64,000 nucleotides of DNA, taken from NCBI RefSeq assembly GCF_004010195.1, contig NC_057718.1, forward strand, positions 49,563,239 through 49,627,238. Reading direction: 5' to 3'. Below are positions 39,057 to 51,264 of the stretch, piece by piece. Made by a program: the position numbers and the translations under genes. The notes below the pieces were generated by a model that searched no databases, was not told the DNA's origin, and saw only the letters and a list, made by a program, of their open reading frames with translations. Source of the DNA: Chiloscyllium plagiosum. Its lineage: Eukaryota. Positions within the stretch are counted from its first letter, which is position 1, and each line of letters begins with the position of its first letter.

Positions 39057-39728
39057 ATGACTAAAGGGAAGGGAGCCCGCAGTTCTCAGCAAGCAGGAAC
39101 CCCTCCCCCACCCTCTCCAGCTGCAGCTGAGGCATCCGCAGCCGCCCCGGGTGACTTACCTACGGTGGCGAGCCTTGTGGAAATCATCTCCAAACTGGAT
39201 GCGAAGATCGACGCTTTTGTTGAAGAATCCCCGAGGTCGATGGGACTCACTCTCGGCCGCGCAGCAAAAGCATGACCGAGACATTAAGGAAATCGAGCGC
39301 CGAGTCGGAGGGGCGGAGCTAAAGGCCGCGACTTCCGAAACTACAGCGTAATCGGCCATGGATCGGGTCCGGACTCTCGAACAGCGAGTCCGGACCTTAG
39401 AGAATCATATTGATAACCTCGATAATCGAGGTCGTCGAAAAAATATTCGTTTTCTGGGCCTTCCCAAATGGGAAGAGGGAGGCCAGCTTACAGCGTTTCT
39501 CGAACAGTGGCTGCCACAGCTGTTAAATCTGGAGGCTGGATCAGGCCAGGTAAGGGTAGAATGGGCCTACCGGGTCGCAATACACGGGCCTGGCTCAAAC
39601 CAGCGTCCCCACCCTGTCCTGTTCTGGCTGCAGAGCTATAGGGAGAGGCAGATACTCCTAGAAACCTCTAGAAATCTTGGAAAAGATTCCCAAGTCATGA
39701 TCTATAAAAGATCCAAGATCATGTTATT
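39057..39728 (+). pseudogene. L1 ORF1 (coiled-coil + RRM), frameshifted, C-terminus deleted
   Basis: MTKGKGAR..., heptad region, LDNRGRRKNIRFLGLP and VEWAYRV, typical of L1 ORF1p. Confidence 0.88.
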
Positions 39729-40044
39729 CGAGGAAGCCTTCTCAAAATTGATGGCTCTTGGTGCCATCATACAAATATAGGGGGAGACTTTAATTGTATT
39801 ATGGATCCGGAAATAGATAGGGTTCCCAAGAGTACTGCAGGAGTATCTCCCAGATCTAGACAATTGGTGGATCTGAACAAAGAATTAAGATTAGTAGATG
39901 TATAGAGATGTCTTCATCCACCGGGCAGAGATTTTTGTTTTTCCTCCAATCCACATAAATGTCATACCAGAATTGATATGTTTTTGCCCCCTCGATTTTT
40001 TAAAATTCCATATCATCCTGTAAAATAGGTAGTATAGCAATTTC

Positions 40045-40893
40045 NNNNNNNNNNNNNNNNNNNNNNNNNNNNNNNNNNNNNNNNNNNNNNNNNNNNNNNN
40101 NNNNNNNNNNNNNNNNNNNNNNNNNNNNNNNNNNNNNNNNNNNNNNNNNNNNNNNNNNNNNNNNNNNNNNNNNNNNNNNNNNNNNNNNNNNNNNNNNNNN
40201 NNNNNNNNNNNNNNNNNNNNNNNNNNNNNNNNNNNNNNNNNNNNNNNNNNNNNNNNNNNNNNNNNNNNNNNNNNNNNNNNNNNNNNNNNNNNNNNNNNNN
40301 NNNNNNNNNNNNNNNNNNNNNNNNNNNNNNNNNNNNNNNNNNNNNNNNNNNNNNNNNNNNNNNNNNNNNNNNNNNNNNNNNNNNNNNNNNNNNNNNNNNN
40401 NNNNNNNNNNNNNNNNNNNNNNNNNNNNNNNNNNNNNNNNNNNNNNNNNNNNNNNNNNNNNNNNNNNNNNNNNNNNNNNNNNNNNNNNNNNNNNNNNNNN
40501 NNNNNNNNNNNNNNNNNNNNNNNNNNNNNNNNNNNNNNNNNNNNNNNNNNNNNNNNNNNNNNNNNNNNNNNNNNNNNNNNNNNNNNNNNNNNNNNNNNNN
40601 NNNNNNNNNNNNNNNNNNNNNNNNNNNNNNNNNNNNNNNNNNNNNNNNNNNNNNNNNNNNNNNNNNNNNNNNNNNNNNNNNNNNNNNNNNNNNNNNNNNN
40701 NNNNNNNNNNNNNNNNNNNNNNNNNNNNNNNNNNNNNNNNNNNNNNNNNNNNNNNNNNNNNNNNNNNNNNNNNNNNNNNNNNNNNNNNNNNNNNNNNNNN
40801 NNNNNNNNNNNNNNNNNNNNNNNNNNNNNNNNNNNNNNNNNNNNNNNNNNNNNNNNNNNNNNNNNNNNNNNNNNNNNNNNNNNNNNNNNNNNN
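40045..40893. other. Assembly gap (N run)
   Basis: Run of N inside L1 ORF2. Confidence 1.
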
Positions 40894-41708
40894 AGGGTTT
40901 TGAATATGATTCAAGCCTGTCATCAGGGAAAGATACCAGGAGTAGTGGTTTCATTAGACGCGGAAAAGGCATTTGATAGGGTTGAATGGTCATATTTGTT
41001 TTACACATTGGAAAGGTTTGGCGTTGGAAAGGTGTTTACCAAATGGGTCTCAACATTGTATAGTAATCCCAAAGCGGTTGTGGTTACCAATGGATTAGGT
41101 TCGGATAGCTTCAGTGTGGGTAGGGGCTGCCGTCAGGGATGTCCTCTCTTGCCATTGTTATTTACGGTAATAATTGAACCACTAGCAGAAGCTATACGGG
41201 CTGATCCTAATATAACGGCCCCGAGGATTGGTACAGGTAAACATAAATTTACCCTTTATGCAGATGATGTTCTTCTATTCCTCAGTAATCCTCTGATGTC
41301 CGTGCCTCGCTTAATCCAAGTTATTAATACATTTAGCGCATTCTCAGGCTATAAAATTAATTTCTCAAAATTGGAGGCTATGCCAATGGGTGGCCTTGCT
41401 ATGATACCCCACTTAGTGGACGGATCCCACTTTCCCTTTCGGTGGTCCCTGGAGGGTTTCTTATATTTAGGCATTTTTATTACCCCAGTATTTGGTCAGT
41501 TATACAGGCTAACTTTGTGCGTTTACTGGAGAGGATAAGGCAGGACCTCCAGCGATGGGGAGACCTTCCAATTTCTTGGCTGGGTAGAATAGCACTAATT
41601 AAAATGAATGTCCTGCCCCGTTTCCTATACCCCATGAGAATGCTTCCGGTGATGCTGCCGAGGCTGGCGCTACGTAAATTATATGGCTGGTTGGGTTCCT
41701 TTATCTGG

Positions 41709-42428
41709 AGTTGAAACTTTATTGCTGGAACAGCACAGCAGGTCAGGCAGCATCCAGGGAACAGGAGATTCGACGTTTCGGGCACAGGCCCTTCTTCAGG
41801 AATGAGCAGAGAGTGTTCAGCAGGAGAAGATAAAAGGTAGGGAGGAGGGACTTGGAGGAGGGGAGTTGGAAATGTGATAGGTGGAAAGAGGTCAAGGTGA
41901 GGGTGATAGGTCGGAGTAGGATGGAGGCGGAGAGGACAAGAAGAAGACTGCAGGACAGGAAGGCGGTGCCGGGCGGGAGGGACCCGGCGGAGACAAGGTG
42001 GGGGGAGGGGGGAATGAAGAAACTGGTGAAGTCCAAGTTCATCCCCTGTGGTTGGAGGGCTCCCAGTCGGAAGATAAGACGCTCCTCCTCCGACCGTCGC
42101 GTTGTTGTGGTTTGGCGGTGGATGAGTCCAATGACCTGCATATCCTCGGTGGAGTGGGAGGGGGAGTTGAAATGCTGTGCCACAGGTTGGTGGGGTTGGT
42201 TCGTCCGGGTGGCCCAGAGGTGCTCTCTGAATCGCTCCGCAAGTAGGCGGCCTGTCTCCCCAATATAGAGGAGGCCACACCGGCTGCAGCGGATGCAGTA
42301 GATGATGTGGGTGGAGGTGCAGGTGAATCTGTGGCGGATATGGAAGTTTCCTTTGGGGCCTTGGAGAGAAGTGAGGGGGGAGGTATGGGCGCAAGTGTTG
42401 CACCTCCTGCGGGCGCAAGGGAAGGTGC
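41709..42428 (-). mobile_element. Penelope-like element fragment (Neptune-type; family A) nested in L1
   Basis: Minus strand translates to TFPCARRRCNTCAH (Cys linker) and IIYCIRCSRCGLLYIGETGR..ERFREH (GIY-YIG), then QPQGMN and a pLTR with a hammerhead. CpG-rich, so young. Confidence 0.92.
41768..41803 (-). ncRNA. Minimal type I hammerhead ribozyme motif, core intact
   Basis: Minus strand: ATTC-CTGAAGA-A-GGGC-CTGT-GCCC-GAAA-CGTC-GAAT. Stem I is ATTC/GAAT, stem II is GGGC/GCCC, stem III is loop-less and palindromic (ACGT), and the cleavage triplet is GUC. Confidence 0.85.
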
Positions 42429-43999
42429 ACAGATGCCACTTTTAAACTCTGGAGATCCAGGGGTATCTCATGGCTAGGGGACCTATTTAAAGATGGGGTC
42501 CTGATGTCTTTTGAACAGCTGCGTCAGAAATTCGGATTACCTAATGGAGACTTCTTTCGATACTTAGAAATTCGAGATTATATACAGAAGAAGACTACGT
42601 TATTAGATAGTCTTTATAAATCAGATAGAGAATATAGAGTACTACAACCAATGGGGGTATCTTCCGTCAGTACTATTTATCATTTACTACATGATGAAAT
42701 ATCGGGAGATATGGACAATCTGCTTAAAACATGGAATCAGGATTTGGGACTAGAAAGCTCTATAGAAACGTGGAATGACATTTGGGAAAATGCCAGAAGA
42801 ATCACCATCTGTAACAGAACTCAGGCTATCCAGCTGAAGATACTTCATAGGGCCCGAATCTATTGGCAAAATTTAAGGCAGGAGCATCCCCAATGTGTCC
42901 CAAATGTAAAATAGAGGTGGGCACTCTTGTACATTGCCTATGGACCTGTCATAAGATCCTTAGATACTGGACTAAAGTAGCAAGTACCCTGACAGAAATT
43001 TTAGGAACGGAAATTAAAGTGGACCCTGTATCTCTCCTTTTGGGCTTTTCGAACTTACCCTCCCTGGATATGCATGGGAAGAGACTATTTTCTATTCTCT
43101 CTTTCTGTGCAAGGAAAAATATTTTGGTAAACTGGGTGGCTGAGGGCCCCCCTGGACTTTCAATTTGGCACAGATCAATTATGGAATGTATTCCCCTTGA
43201 CTTCCTTACAAATATGGTGCACCGAAAGACCAAATTATTTCATAAAATATGGCAGCCCTTCTTGAATTATATGAGTACAGATATTTCGGTATCCTAACAA
43301 GGGCTTTTATTTAATTGAGATTACGAACCTGGCTGGTTCGGGGCTCCTTGGGAGAGAAATTCCGCACGAATACGGGTTTTGTTCCATTTAATGTTAACAC
43401 ATTCCGAGCATGTATCTATCTCACTACCCAATTTCTGTGTTATCCGTTGTTTTTTTTTTCTTTCTCTTATTTGAATCATGTAAGAGACTTAAATATACAC
43501 TCTGGTTAGTTGTAGGTTAGATTAGTAGTTAGTTGAGTTTTGTTTTTTTTTATTTATCAGTATTTTTCTTTTGTTAAATTTTGTTTATTATTATTCAACA
43601 AAATACTTTTAAGACCTTCTGTCTTTGGGACATTGACATTAAAGGTATGGATACAAAACATGCTGCTCCAGGCAAATTTCTTACAATATTTGTTCAGAAC
43701 AAATGGAAAGTGTTACCTGAATGGTTAATTGCATGGATTGAATGCATCCCTTTGTGCTTTGAGCTGTGTTAAAAGTGACTTGCCTTTTTTTTACTACATT
43801 GTATTCTATTACAAATTGGTTCATTCTGTAAAGTTACTTTATTTCATTACTCGCCCATTGTCTGAGTGACAGATACATGAAATTATGCAGTTCAATTTAT
43901 AATTCATTGTGAATGAAGCTAAATGTAGAACATTAAATTCTTAGTAAGTGCTCCCTCTGATTCTGTGAAATGGAAAATTATATCAATTAGTTGGCAGTC

Positions 44000-44380
44000 G
44001 TAGATCAGTTGCTAATATACTTATCTCTGAGTTGCAAAGTCCTAGTTGCAGATTCAAGCACTATTCCAGATTTTAGGTATAAAAATCAAGACCGGCACTT
44101 CAAAATTGAGGAAGCACTGCACTATTGGAAGTGCTGTCATTTGAACGTGAAGTGAAACTGAGGCCTTGTCTCTCTGCTCAGGTAGATGCCAAAGATCTGA
44201 TAGTACATTTCGAAGAAGGGCAGGAGAGTTATCTCAGTGTTAAAGTAAATATTTATCCTTCAATCATTACGATAAAAATACAAATACCAGGTCCTTGTCA
44301 TATTAATATTTGTAGGAGGTTACTGTGGAGATTGGCTGCCTGGTTCCCTAAATTACAACTGTAACCACAAAATATTCTGA
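44000..44380 (+). mobile_element. Deu-domain SINE (SacSINE1/AmnSINE1-related), old
   Basis: Degenerate tRNA head, then TGAGGAAGCACTGCACTATTGGAAGTGCTGTC...AAACTGAGGCC..CTCAGGTAGATG..AAAGATC..TTTCGAAGAAGGGCAGGAGAGTT..AATATTTATCCTTCAA, which matches the Deu domain as I recall it. Confidence 0.72.
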
Positions 44381-47300
44381 TCAGCAAAATTCCTGAAAGT
44401 GATGAATCATTCATGTATACTGCACTCTATTACTGAGTCCCTGGCTTATAGCCTACCGATTCTCTATCACTGTAACCTGACATGAATGCAATAGGTCACA
44501 TTGTACCACAGAGTGTAACCACAGGTTCATAAGCAATGCTTCTCATGTTTCAGTAAAAGAGTGCCTTAAGGCAAGGTAATTTTATGTTGGAATTGAGATA
44601 TTTACGCACATTGACTAATGTATTCTGGATTTACTAAGCGGGGTCTGATATTTGCCTATGGCCTGAATACTGGTTCAATGTCATCTTGTGCAGATGAAGC
44701 TCATTCATTCTGAATAGCTGCATTAGGGCTTTTGCACTATATGACTGAATATTGTTAATTTTCTTTTCTTTGGATAAATTTATAGTGTCAATATTTTCCT
44801 CACTCATTCAGAAAGTGTGGCCATATGAATTTCGCCCATTGTGAGCTTGAGAGTGCTAAACCAATTTATTTCTATGCAATGCAATATTAAATAATTTTCA
44901 TAAATTATAATTTTACTATAAATCAAATGCTCAATATACTGTTATTCAACCATGGCCTTCTGTAACATTTAGTGTATCTTTCAGTTTTGTTAGAAGTTAG
45001 TTTTGGAGGTTCAAGTCAGATAACTATTTATGAGGGGTAGATCTTAACTTTTTAGAATACTATAAAACTGGTGACAATGAATTAACCAGTTTATTTTACA
45101 TTTTTCCTGATGGTTAATTTCAGTGAGTGAATTCAACAAAGAAATTATTTGGTTTGCATGGACCAGTTTGGGCCAAAGGGCCTATCTCTATACTGTCAGA
45201 CTCTTGACTCTAAAGGGAAGATTTACTATCACTTGTTTTATTGAATAAGAGTTAAGACCTAACTTCAGATCTCTGTGAATGTGTGGCATGTTGACATTAG
45301 ATAAAGCATCACTTAATTTGGTACAAAATCATAGAAACTGATAATACTGGATAGTATATTTATGAAAATTCTTGTTAATTTATACATATGAATCAATTGA
45401 ATCTATCCATGACCTGGCCAAAGTTGCTGGTACATTTTATCTCAGGGAATCTTCTTTCTATATTACAACTTTGTACACTGGTGGTGAAGTGCTGAACTTA
45501 CATCTGTTTTTTGGCTATCAAAAGAGATATTTCATGTCTATCAATGTCTATTAGCATAGTGTCTGATCTATAAAGATCTACAATGTATTGATATCTTTTG
45601 GTGATCTGAGGACAATTTCAGACACTTTCTTGGTTGTTATAGACTCACAATCCTTTGGAATTAAGGTTCCCTGCATTCATTCCCATATTATGGGGTAAAT
45701 GAAATTTAACATATAATCATCATGCAGGAACACCATAGAAATCTTTTCCAAAGGCATTTCTACACATTCTCTGCCTCCGAGAACTGCCTTCCTCCAAGCT
45801 TTCTTGCACTTCTTCAACACTCGCATCAAGCAAGTTGCCACTGGCTTCATTTGAATATATTAGAGTGTAATGCTGATCAGAATTCTCTGAATTTAGAACA
45901 CTGTTGTATTCAGAGTGAATTATGTTGGTTTACAAATTGGACCTCATTTTACCAATTTCTCAGGTGAAGAACTGAGTGAAAATATCTAATATATTCAGAG
46001 TTACCCTGCATACCACAAGTACCTGAGGACATTGTTGGATTTTGCCATCAATGATTTTGCCAGTCATCCCAGGAGGTCACCTTAAACATGTGTGGGATGC
46101 CTTGTATACAAAATGAAGGGACTACTGTCTATTTGATGACTTTTATCTGGAAATATAGCTTTTGATAGATTTTCTAGTTCATGATCCTTAAAGGAACTGA
46201 TAGATGTTTCCCAAAGCAATGCTTTTCATCTACATTCATGTGGAGCCAGGAGAGGCAGGAGTTCTCACACTTGTTTCACATTCTCGATGCAAATCCCTCA
46301 CTCCTAATCCAAGTGTCTGACTCAGCTGTTATTGCTCTGTGTCAGATAAATCATCTACACTGGAACACATGATTGTTGCATACAGCACATGATGCTGAAG
46401 CCTGAGAACATATCTTAGGCATTCCGCAGGTTAAACTCTTTGATGTGTTTTGCAGTGGTGCTGCTTATTTTGGCTGAAACTTTCATCCTCGGATGTACCT
46501 GGAGATATTTAAATATGTGGATTTCCATCAGTCAGTAATATTTCTCTCAATGCAGGTTTGTTTTTGACATTCTGTCCACTAACATCTGTCGTGTGTACTG
46601 TTTACATCTAGCAAGCTCATGCTTGTTGATAGATATTTAAATCTCTATGCCACCACCTTTCCCCAGTATAGTCAGGACTTCGCAGGAGAAACTACTGCAT
46701 TTCCTTTGGGCACCTTTTCTCCTGCTTCTTCTCACTGTCAACCGCAGAAGGACCAGCATAACAAATGGTGGTTGTCAGCTCTAGGCAATGAAATGGAACT
46801 TGCCCCATCATCTTATACTTGGTCAGCTTGAAGTCACTGGTGTAAAGGATGTGAGGGCGCTGGCTTCGGGCCAGGCGTGTGCTGCTGTCCTGAGAGATTG
46901 CAGGATCATGCAACTCTAACTCCTTGGTGGCTCAATCTACAACATGTCACTTCACCATTATCAGTACATTTCTCTTCTGCTGCCACTGATAGAACTTCAG
47001 GAAGATGTGATGGTGGCAGATAAAGGCTATGAATGAGTAGATATCATCCACCTGGAATGGGGAGGGAGGTGCGAGGTAGAAGTGGATGGAGCATTCTGCA
47101 TGTGTGATGTTTCAGTGGGATATGAGCATAATAATGTGGTTCCTCTGTCAGTAAACTCATTTCAAAATGACGTTATTGACCTTATCAGCATCTGTGTGTT
47201 TCCCTCTAACCCAATGCTTCTGTCCATAATGAAACTACTCGCAGTTGACATCCTCTCATCAATGTCCTCTGTATAACAGGCATTGTGCACTACTTTGTGC

Positions 47301-47585
47301 TGCCAAAACATAGGGTAAAGAATAATACAATGATGGAATAAACCCAAGTATTGTGGGGTAAAGTAAGAGACTTGAATGTATATGGTTGCTAAAGTGGAAT
47401 CAGGGAATTTTAGAATTGTACACATGAGATATTTCTGTGGGGTAGCTTTCCAATCAGCCCTGGTGAAGAATGACAATTTGGGGTCTTAACCCTTTGAACA
47501 CTAGAATGAAAAACTGCTCGTTATTTATAATGAACAAGCTGTGTGGAATTCTCCACAAGACCATTACAATACTCCTCCCACCCCA

Positions 47586-47696
47586 TAGTATTAGGTGAAT
47601 GTAGGGGAATGGGTCTGCGTGGGTGGCGGGTCGGTGTGGACTTGTTGGGCCAAAGGGCCTGTTTCCACAGTGTAAGTAATCTAATCTAATCTAATC
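47586..47696 (+). mobile_element. 3' fragment of HE1-type SINE with (TAATC)n tail
   Basis: Matches 13857-13965 and ends TAATCTAATCTAATCTAATC. Confidence 0.85.
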
Positions 47697-47805
47697 AGAC
47701 CGAGGGAGTGCTATAATGGAGAGGATAGGTTTTTCTTTGATTTTTCGACTGTTAGATTGGTATTAGAAATAAACAAAGCAGAAAGAGCTTGGCTAAATAA
47801 ATCAT

Positions 47806-48760
47806 AAGTCCCCATTGGAGAAATTGGGAAATTTCAAACCAGCATCTACAGGAGAACAACACATACGGACCAAATATTGAACTACAGAAGCAATCACCCC
47901 AACATCCACAACGAAGCTGTATCAGAACATTATTTCAATGAGCCAACACACATTGCAGCACAGAGGAACTACCAAGAACAGAGGAAAATCATCTATACAA
48001 TGTATTCAAAAAGAATGGGTACCCAATGAACACAGTCTGCAGATTTCTCAGCAACAAACCCAAACAAGCAAACAAAATGTGTCCAGAAACCTTAGCCACT
48101 CTCCCCTATATCAAAGACACCTCAGAAATAACTGCCAGACTACTCAGACCTCTTGGCATCATGGTAGCCCACAAACCTACCAACACACTAAAACAGCATT
48201 TAATGAACTTAAAAGACCCTATACAGACAACAAGCAAAGCTAATGTAATTTGCAAAATACCGTGCAACGACTGTAACAAATGCTACATTGGACAAACAGG
48301 CAGAAAACTAGCCACCAGGATACATGAACATCAACTAACCACAAAACGACATGACCCACTCTCACTATTATCTTTACATACAGATGAGGTAGGACACCAT
48401 TTTGACTAGGACAACATGTCCATCCTAGGACAATCCAAAAAGAGATACGCATGAGAATTCCAAGAACTATGGCATTCCAACTAGAACTCTATCATCAAAC
48501 ACATTGACTTGGACCCGATTTATGACCCTCTGAGAAAAAGTACATGAAATGACATCACATAGGAAATAACATCACTACAGGAAATGACATCACCAATCCA
48601 AAGAAACCTAAACATATAAATCATCAGGAGTGCTTCGTCTGGAGGCTCACTGAAGATGTTACCTGTATGGTAGTGAAACGTCTGAAAATGAACCATCTAG
48701 CTCAGTGAGCAAACCCACATCTAGAACCTCAACCTGAGCTACAAATCTTCTCAAAGCTCA
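47806..48760 (+). mobile_element. 5'-truncated Penelope-like element (Poseidon-type; family C)
   Basis: SIYRRTTHTDQILNYRSNHP (RT thumb), TLPYIK, NVICKIPCNDCNKCYIGQTGRKLATRIHEH (GIY-YIG), then a pLTR with a hammerhead and a tail. Confidence 0.92.
48647..48685 (+). ncRNA. Minimal hammerhead ribozyme motif
   Basis: TCA-CTGAAGA-T-GTTACC-TGTAT-GGTAGT-GAAA-CGTC-TGA. Stem I is TCA/TGA, stem II has wobble pairs, stem III is palindromic ACGT. Confidence 0.75.
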
Positions 48761-48946
48761 CTAATAATATTGGTAATTATAAACTTTATAAAATATGTGG
48801 CTGTATTCTACAATCCCCTGCAAGGTGTAGCTCTTGCAAGGGGCACATAAATATGATGGGTACCCACAGCCTTCGTGTCCATTCTCAACCCAGTTGCCAT
48901 AACATGAGAAGTGGGTATGGTGTCCACCAGCCCTTAGGCCTTTCAA

Positions 48947-49446
48947 NNNNNNNNNNNNNNNNNNNNNNNNNNNNNNNNNNNNNNNNNNNNNNNNNNNNNN
49001 NNNNNNNNNNNNNNNNNNNNNNNNNNNNNNNNNNNNNNNNNNNNNNNNNNNNNNNNNNNNNNNNNNNNNNNNNNNNNNNNNNNNNNNNNNNNNNNNNNNN
49101 NNNNNNNNNNNNNNNNNNNNNNNNNNNNNNNNNNNNNNNNNNNNNNNNNNNNNNNNNNNNNNNNNNNNNNNNNNNNNNNNNNNNNNNNNNNNNNNNNNNN
49201 NNNNNNNNNNNNNNNNNNNNNNNNNNNNNNNNNNNNNNNNNNNNNNNNNNNNNNNNNNNNNNNNNNNNNNNNNNNNNNNNNNNNNNNNNNNNNNNNNNNN
49301 NNNNNNNNNNNNNNNNNNNNNNNNNNNNNNNNNNNNNNNNNNNNNNNNNNNNNNNNNNNNNNNNNNNNNNNNNNNNNNNNNNNNNNNNNNNNNNNNNNNN
49401 NNNNNNNNNNNNNNNNNNNNNNNNNNNNNNNNNNNNNNNNNNNNNN
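48947..49446. other. Assembly gap (N run)
   Basis: Run of 500 N. Confidence 1.
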
Positions 49447-49834
49447 GTCGTTGATTAAGTGGCTGAAGGTGGTTATACTGAAGACAATAGCCTGAGGAAC
49501 TCCTGCAGAGATGTCTTGGGGCTGAGATGATTGGCCTCAATTGACTCTAACCATCTTTGTTTGTGATAGGGCTGATTCCAATCAGTGGATAGTTTTCTGT
49601 CTGATTCCCATTGACTCCAGTTTTGATAAGATGGAACCAAAACTAGCATCACTGCGCAGGTTATTCTTTTGCAAGAGTTGCTAGATCACATTATTAATTA
49701 CTCCTTACATGACTTTGCTGATGATTGAAAGTGACCAAAGAGTGTAGTAATTGGCCAGGATGGGTTTATCATGTATTTTGCCCAAATTTCCACGTTGTGG
49801 AATTTTCTATATTGTTGGGTAGATAGCAGTGTTG
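49447..49834 (-). mobile_element. Old CR1/L2-group LINE RT fragment (target of the following PLE)
   Basis: Reverse complement gives ANYYTLWSLSIISKVM, KLESMGI and SQPQDISAGVPQ..INDX. Confidence 0.7.
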
Positions 49835-51264
49835 AAAATGTGTTGCTGGAAAAGCACAGCAGGTCAGGCAGCATCCAAGGAACAGGAGAATCGACGTTTT
49901 GGGCATAAGCCCTTCTTCAGGAATGAGGAAAGTGTGTCCAGCAGGCTAAGATAAAAGGTAGGGAGGAGGGACTTGGGGGAGGNNNNNNNNNNNNNNNNNN
50001 NNNNNNNNNNNNNNNNNNNNNNNNNNNNNNNNNNNNNNNNNNNNNNNNNNNNNNNNNNNNNNNNNNNNNNNNNNNNNNNNNNNNNNNNNNNNNNNNNNNN
50101 NNNNNNNNNNNNNNNNNNNNNNNNNNNNNNNNNNNNNNNNNNNNNNNNNNNNNNNNNNNNNNNNNNNNNNNNNNNNNNNNNNNNNNNNNNNNNNNNNNNN
50201 NNNNNNNNNNNNNNNNNNNNNNNNNNNNNNNNNNNNNNNNNNNNNNNNNNNNNNNNNNNNNNNNNNNNNNNNNNNNNNNNNNNNNNNNNNNNNNNNNNNN
50301 NNNNNNNNNNNNNNNNNNNNNNNNNNNNNNNNNNNNNNNNNNNGTCTTTTCGGAATGCTGATGGGGGAGGGGAGGGAAATATATCACTGGTGGTGAGGTC
50401 CGTTTGGAGGTGGCGGAAATGACGGCGGATGATACGTTGCACATGGAGGTTGGTGGGGTGGTAGGTGAGGACCAGTGGGGTTCTGTCCTGATGGCGGTTG
50501 GAGGGGCGGGGCTCAAGGGCGGAGGAGCAGGAAGTGGAAGAGATGCAGTGGAGGCATCGTCGACTACGTCTGGCGGGAAATTGCGGTCCTTGAAGAAGGA
50601 GGCCATCTGGGTTGTACGGTTTTGGAACTGGTCCTCCTGGGAGCAGACGCGGCGGAGACGAAGGAATTGGGAAAATGGAATGGCGTTTTTATAGGGGGCA
50701 GGATGGGAGGAGATGTAGTCTAGGTAGCTGTGGGAGTCGGTCGGTTTATAGTAGGTGTCCGTGTCGATTCGGTCACCCGAGATAGAAATGAAAAGGTCTA
50801 GGAAGGGGAGGGAAGAGTCTGAGACGGTCCAGGTGAATTTGAGGTGGGGTGGAAGGTGTTGGTAAAGTGGATGAACTGTTCAACCTCCTCATGGGAGCAC
50901 GAGGCAGCGCCGATACAACTTCTCTTTCCAATCCTCCCACTTCCTCCAAACCAAAGGAGTAGCCATGGGCACCCGCATAGGCTCCAGCTATGCCTGCCTC
51001 TTCATAGGATATGTGGAACAGTCCATCTTCCGCAGCTACACTGGCACTACCCCCCACCTTTTCCTCCATGGAGTGGGAGTGGTCTTTTCGGAACGCTGAT
51101 AGGGGAGTCACGGAGGGAGTGGTCTTTTCGGAACGCTGATAGGGGAGGGGAGGGAAATATATCACTGGTGGTGGGGTCCGTTTGGAGATGGCGGAAATAA
51201 CGGCGGATGATACGTTGTACATGGAGCTCTGATCTCCGGCATCTGCAGCCCTCACTTTCTCTCA
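49835..51264 (-). mobile_element. Rearranged Penelope-like insertion (family A), TSD-bounded
   Basis: 15-bp direct repeat TAGATAGCAGTGTTG at 49820-49834 and 51265-51279. Contains a minus pLTR with a mutated hammerhead (GAAA>AAAA), a gap, a minus RT part, a plus-strand RT piece (QTKGVAMGTR), a duplicated minus piece and a plus-strand tail. Confidence 0.9.
49983..50343. other. Assembly gap (N run)
   Basis: Run of N. Confidence 1.

Larger units (their letters stand above)
39729..43297 (+). pseudogene. L1 ORF2 (APE endonuclease, RT, C-terminal CCHC), disrupted
   Basis: GGDFNCIMD and HTRIDMF (EN); SLDAEKAFDRV, RGCRQGCPL and LYADDVLL (RT); CPKC...HCLWTC (cysteine-rich C-terminus). Confidence 0.92.
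38885..43592 (+). mobile_element. Near full-length L1-clade LINE (internal deletions, gap, nested PLE)
   Basis: G-run start, ORF1 and ORF2 motifs, T-rich 3' UTR with a (TTA)n end, and a 9-bp TSD ATTCAACAA at 38876-38884 and 43593-43601. Confidence 0.92.

Noticed and set aside
40000..41008. Long ORFs of 150-330 aa here and at 7394-7892 and 48761-50606
   Set aside because: They are open only because they run through N gaps.
41480..42439. 319-aa Pro/His-rich minus-strand ORF
   Set aside because: It is an off-frame reading of the GC-rich PLE running into antisense L1. The meaningful GIY-YIG frame is a different one.
45990..47100. Possible Harbinger/PIF transposase relics (KHVWDALYTK*RDY at ~46085; MVADKGY at ~47010)
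   Set aside because: Only two short motifs, no continuous frame and no terminal repeats found. A translated HMM search is needed.
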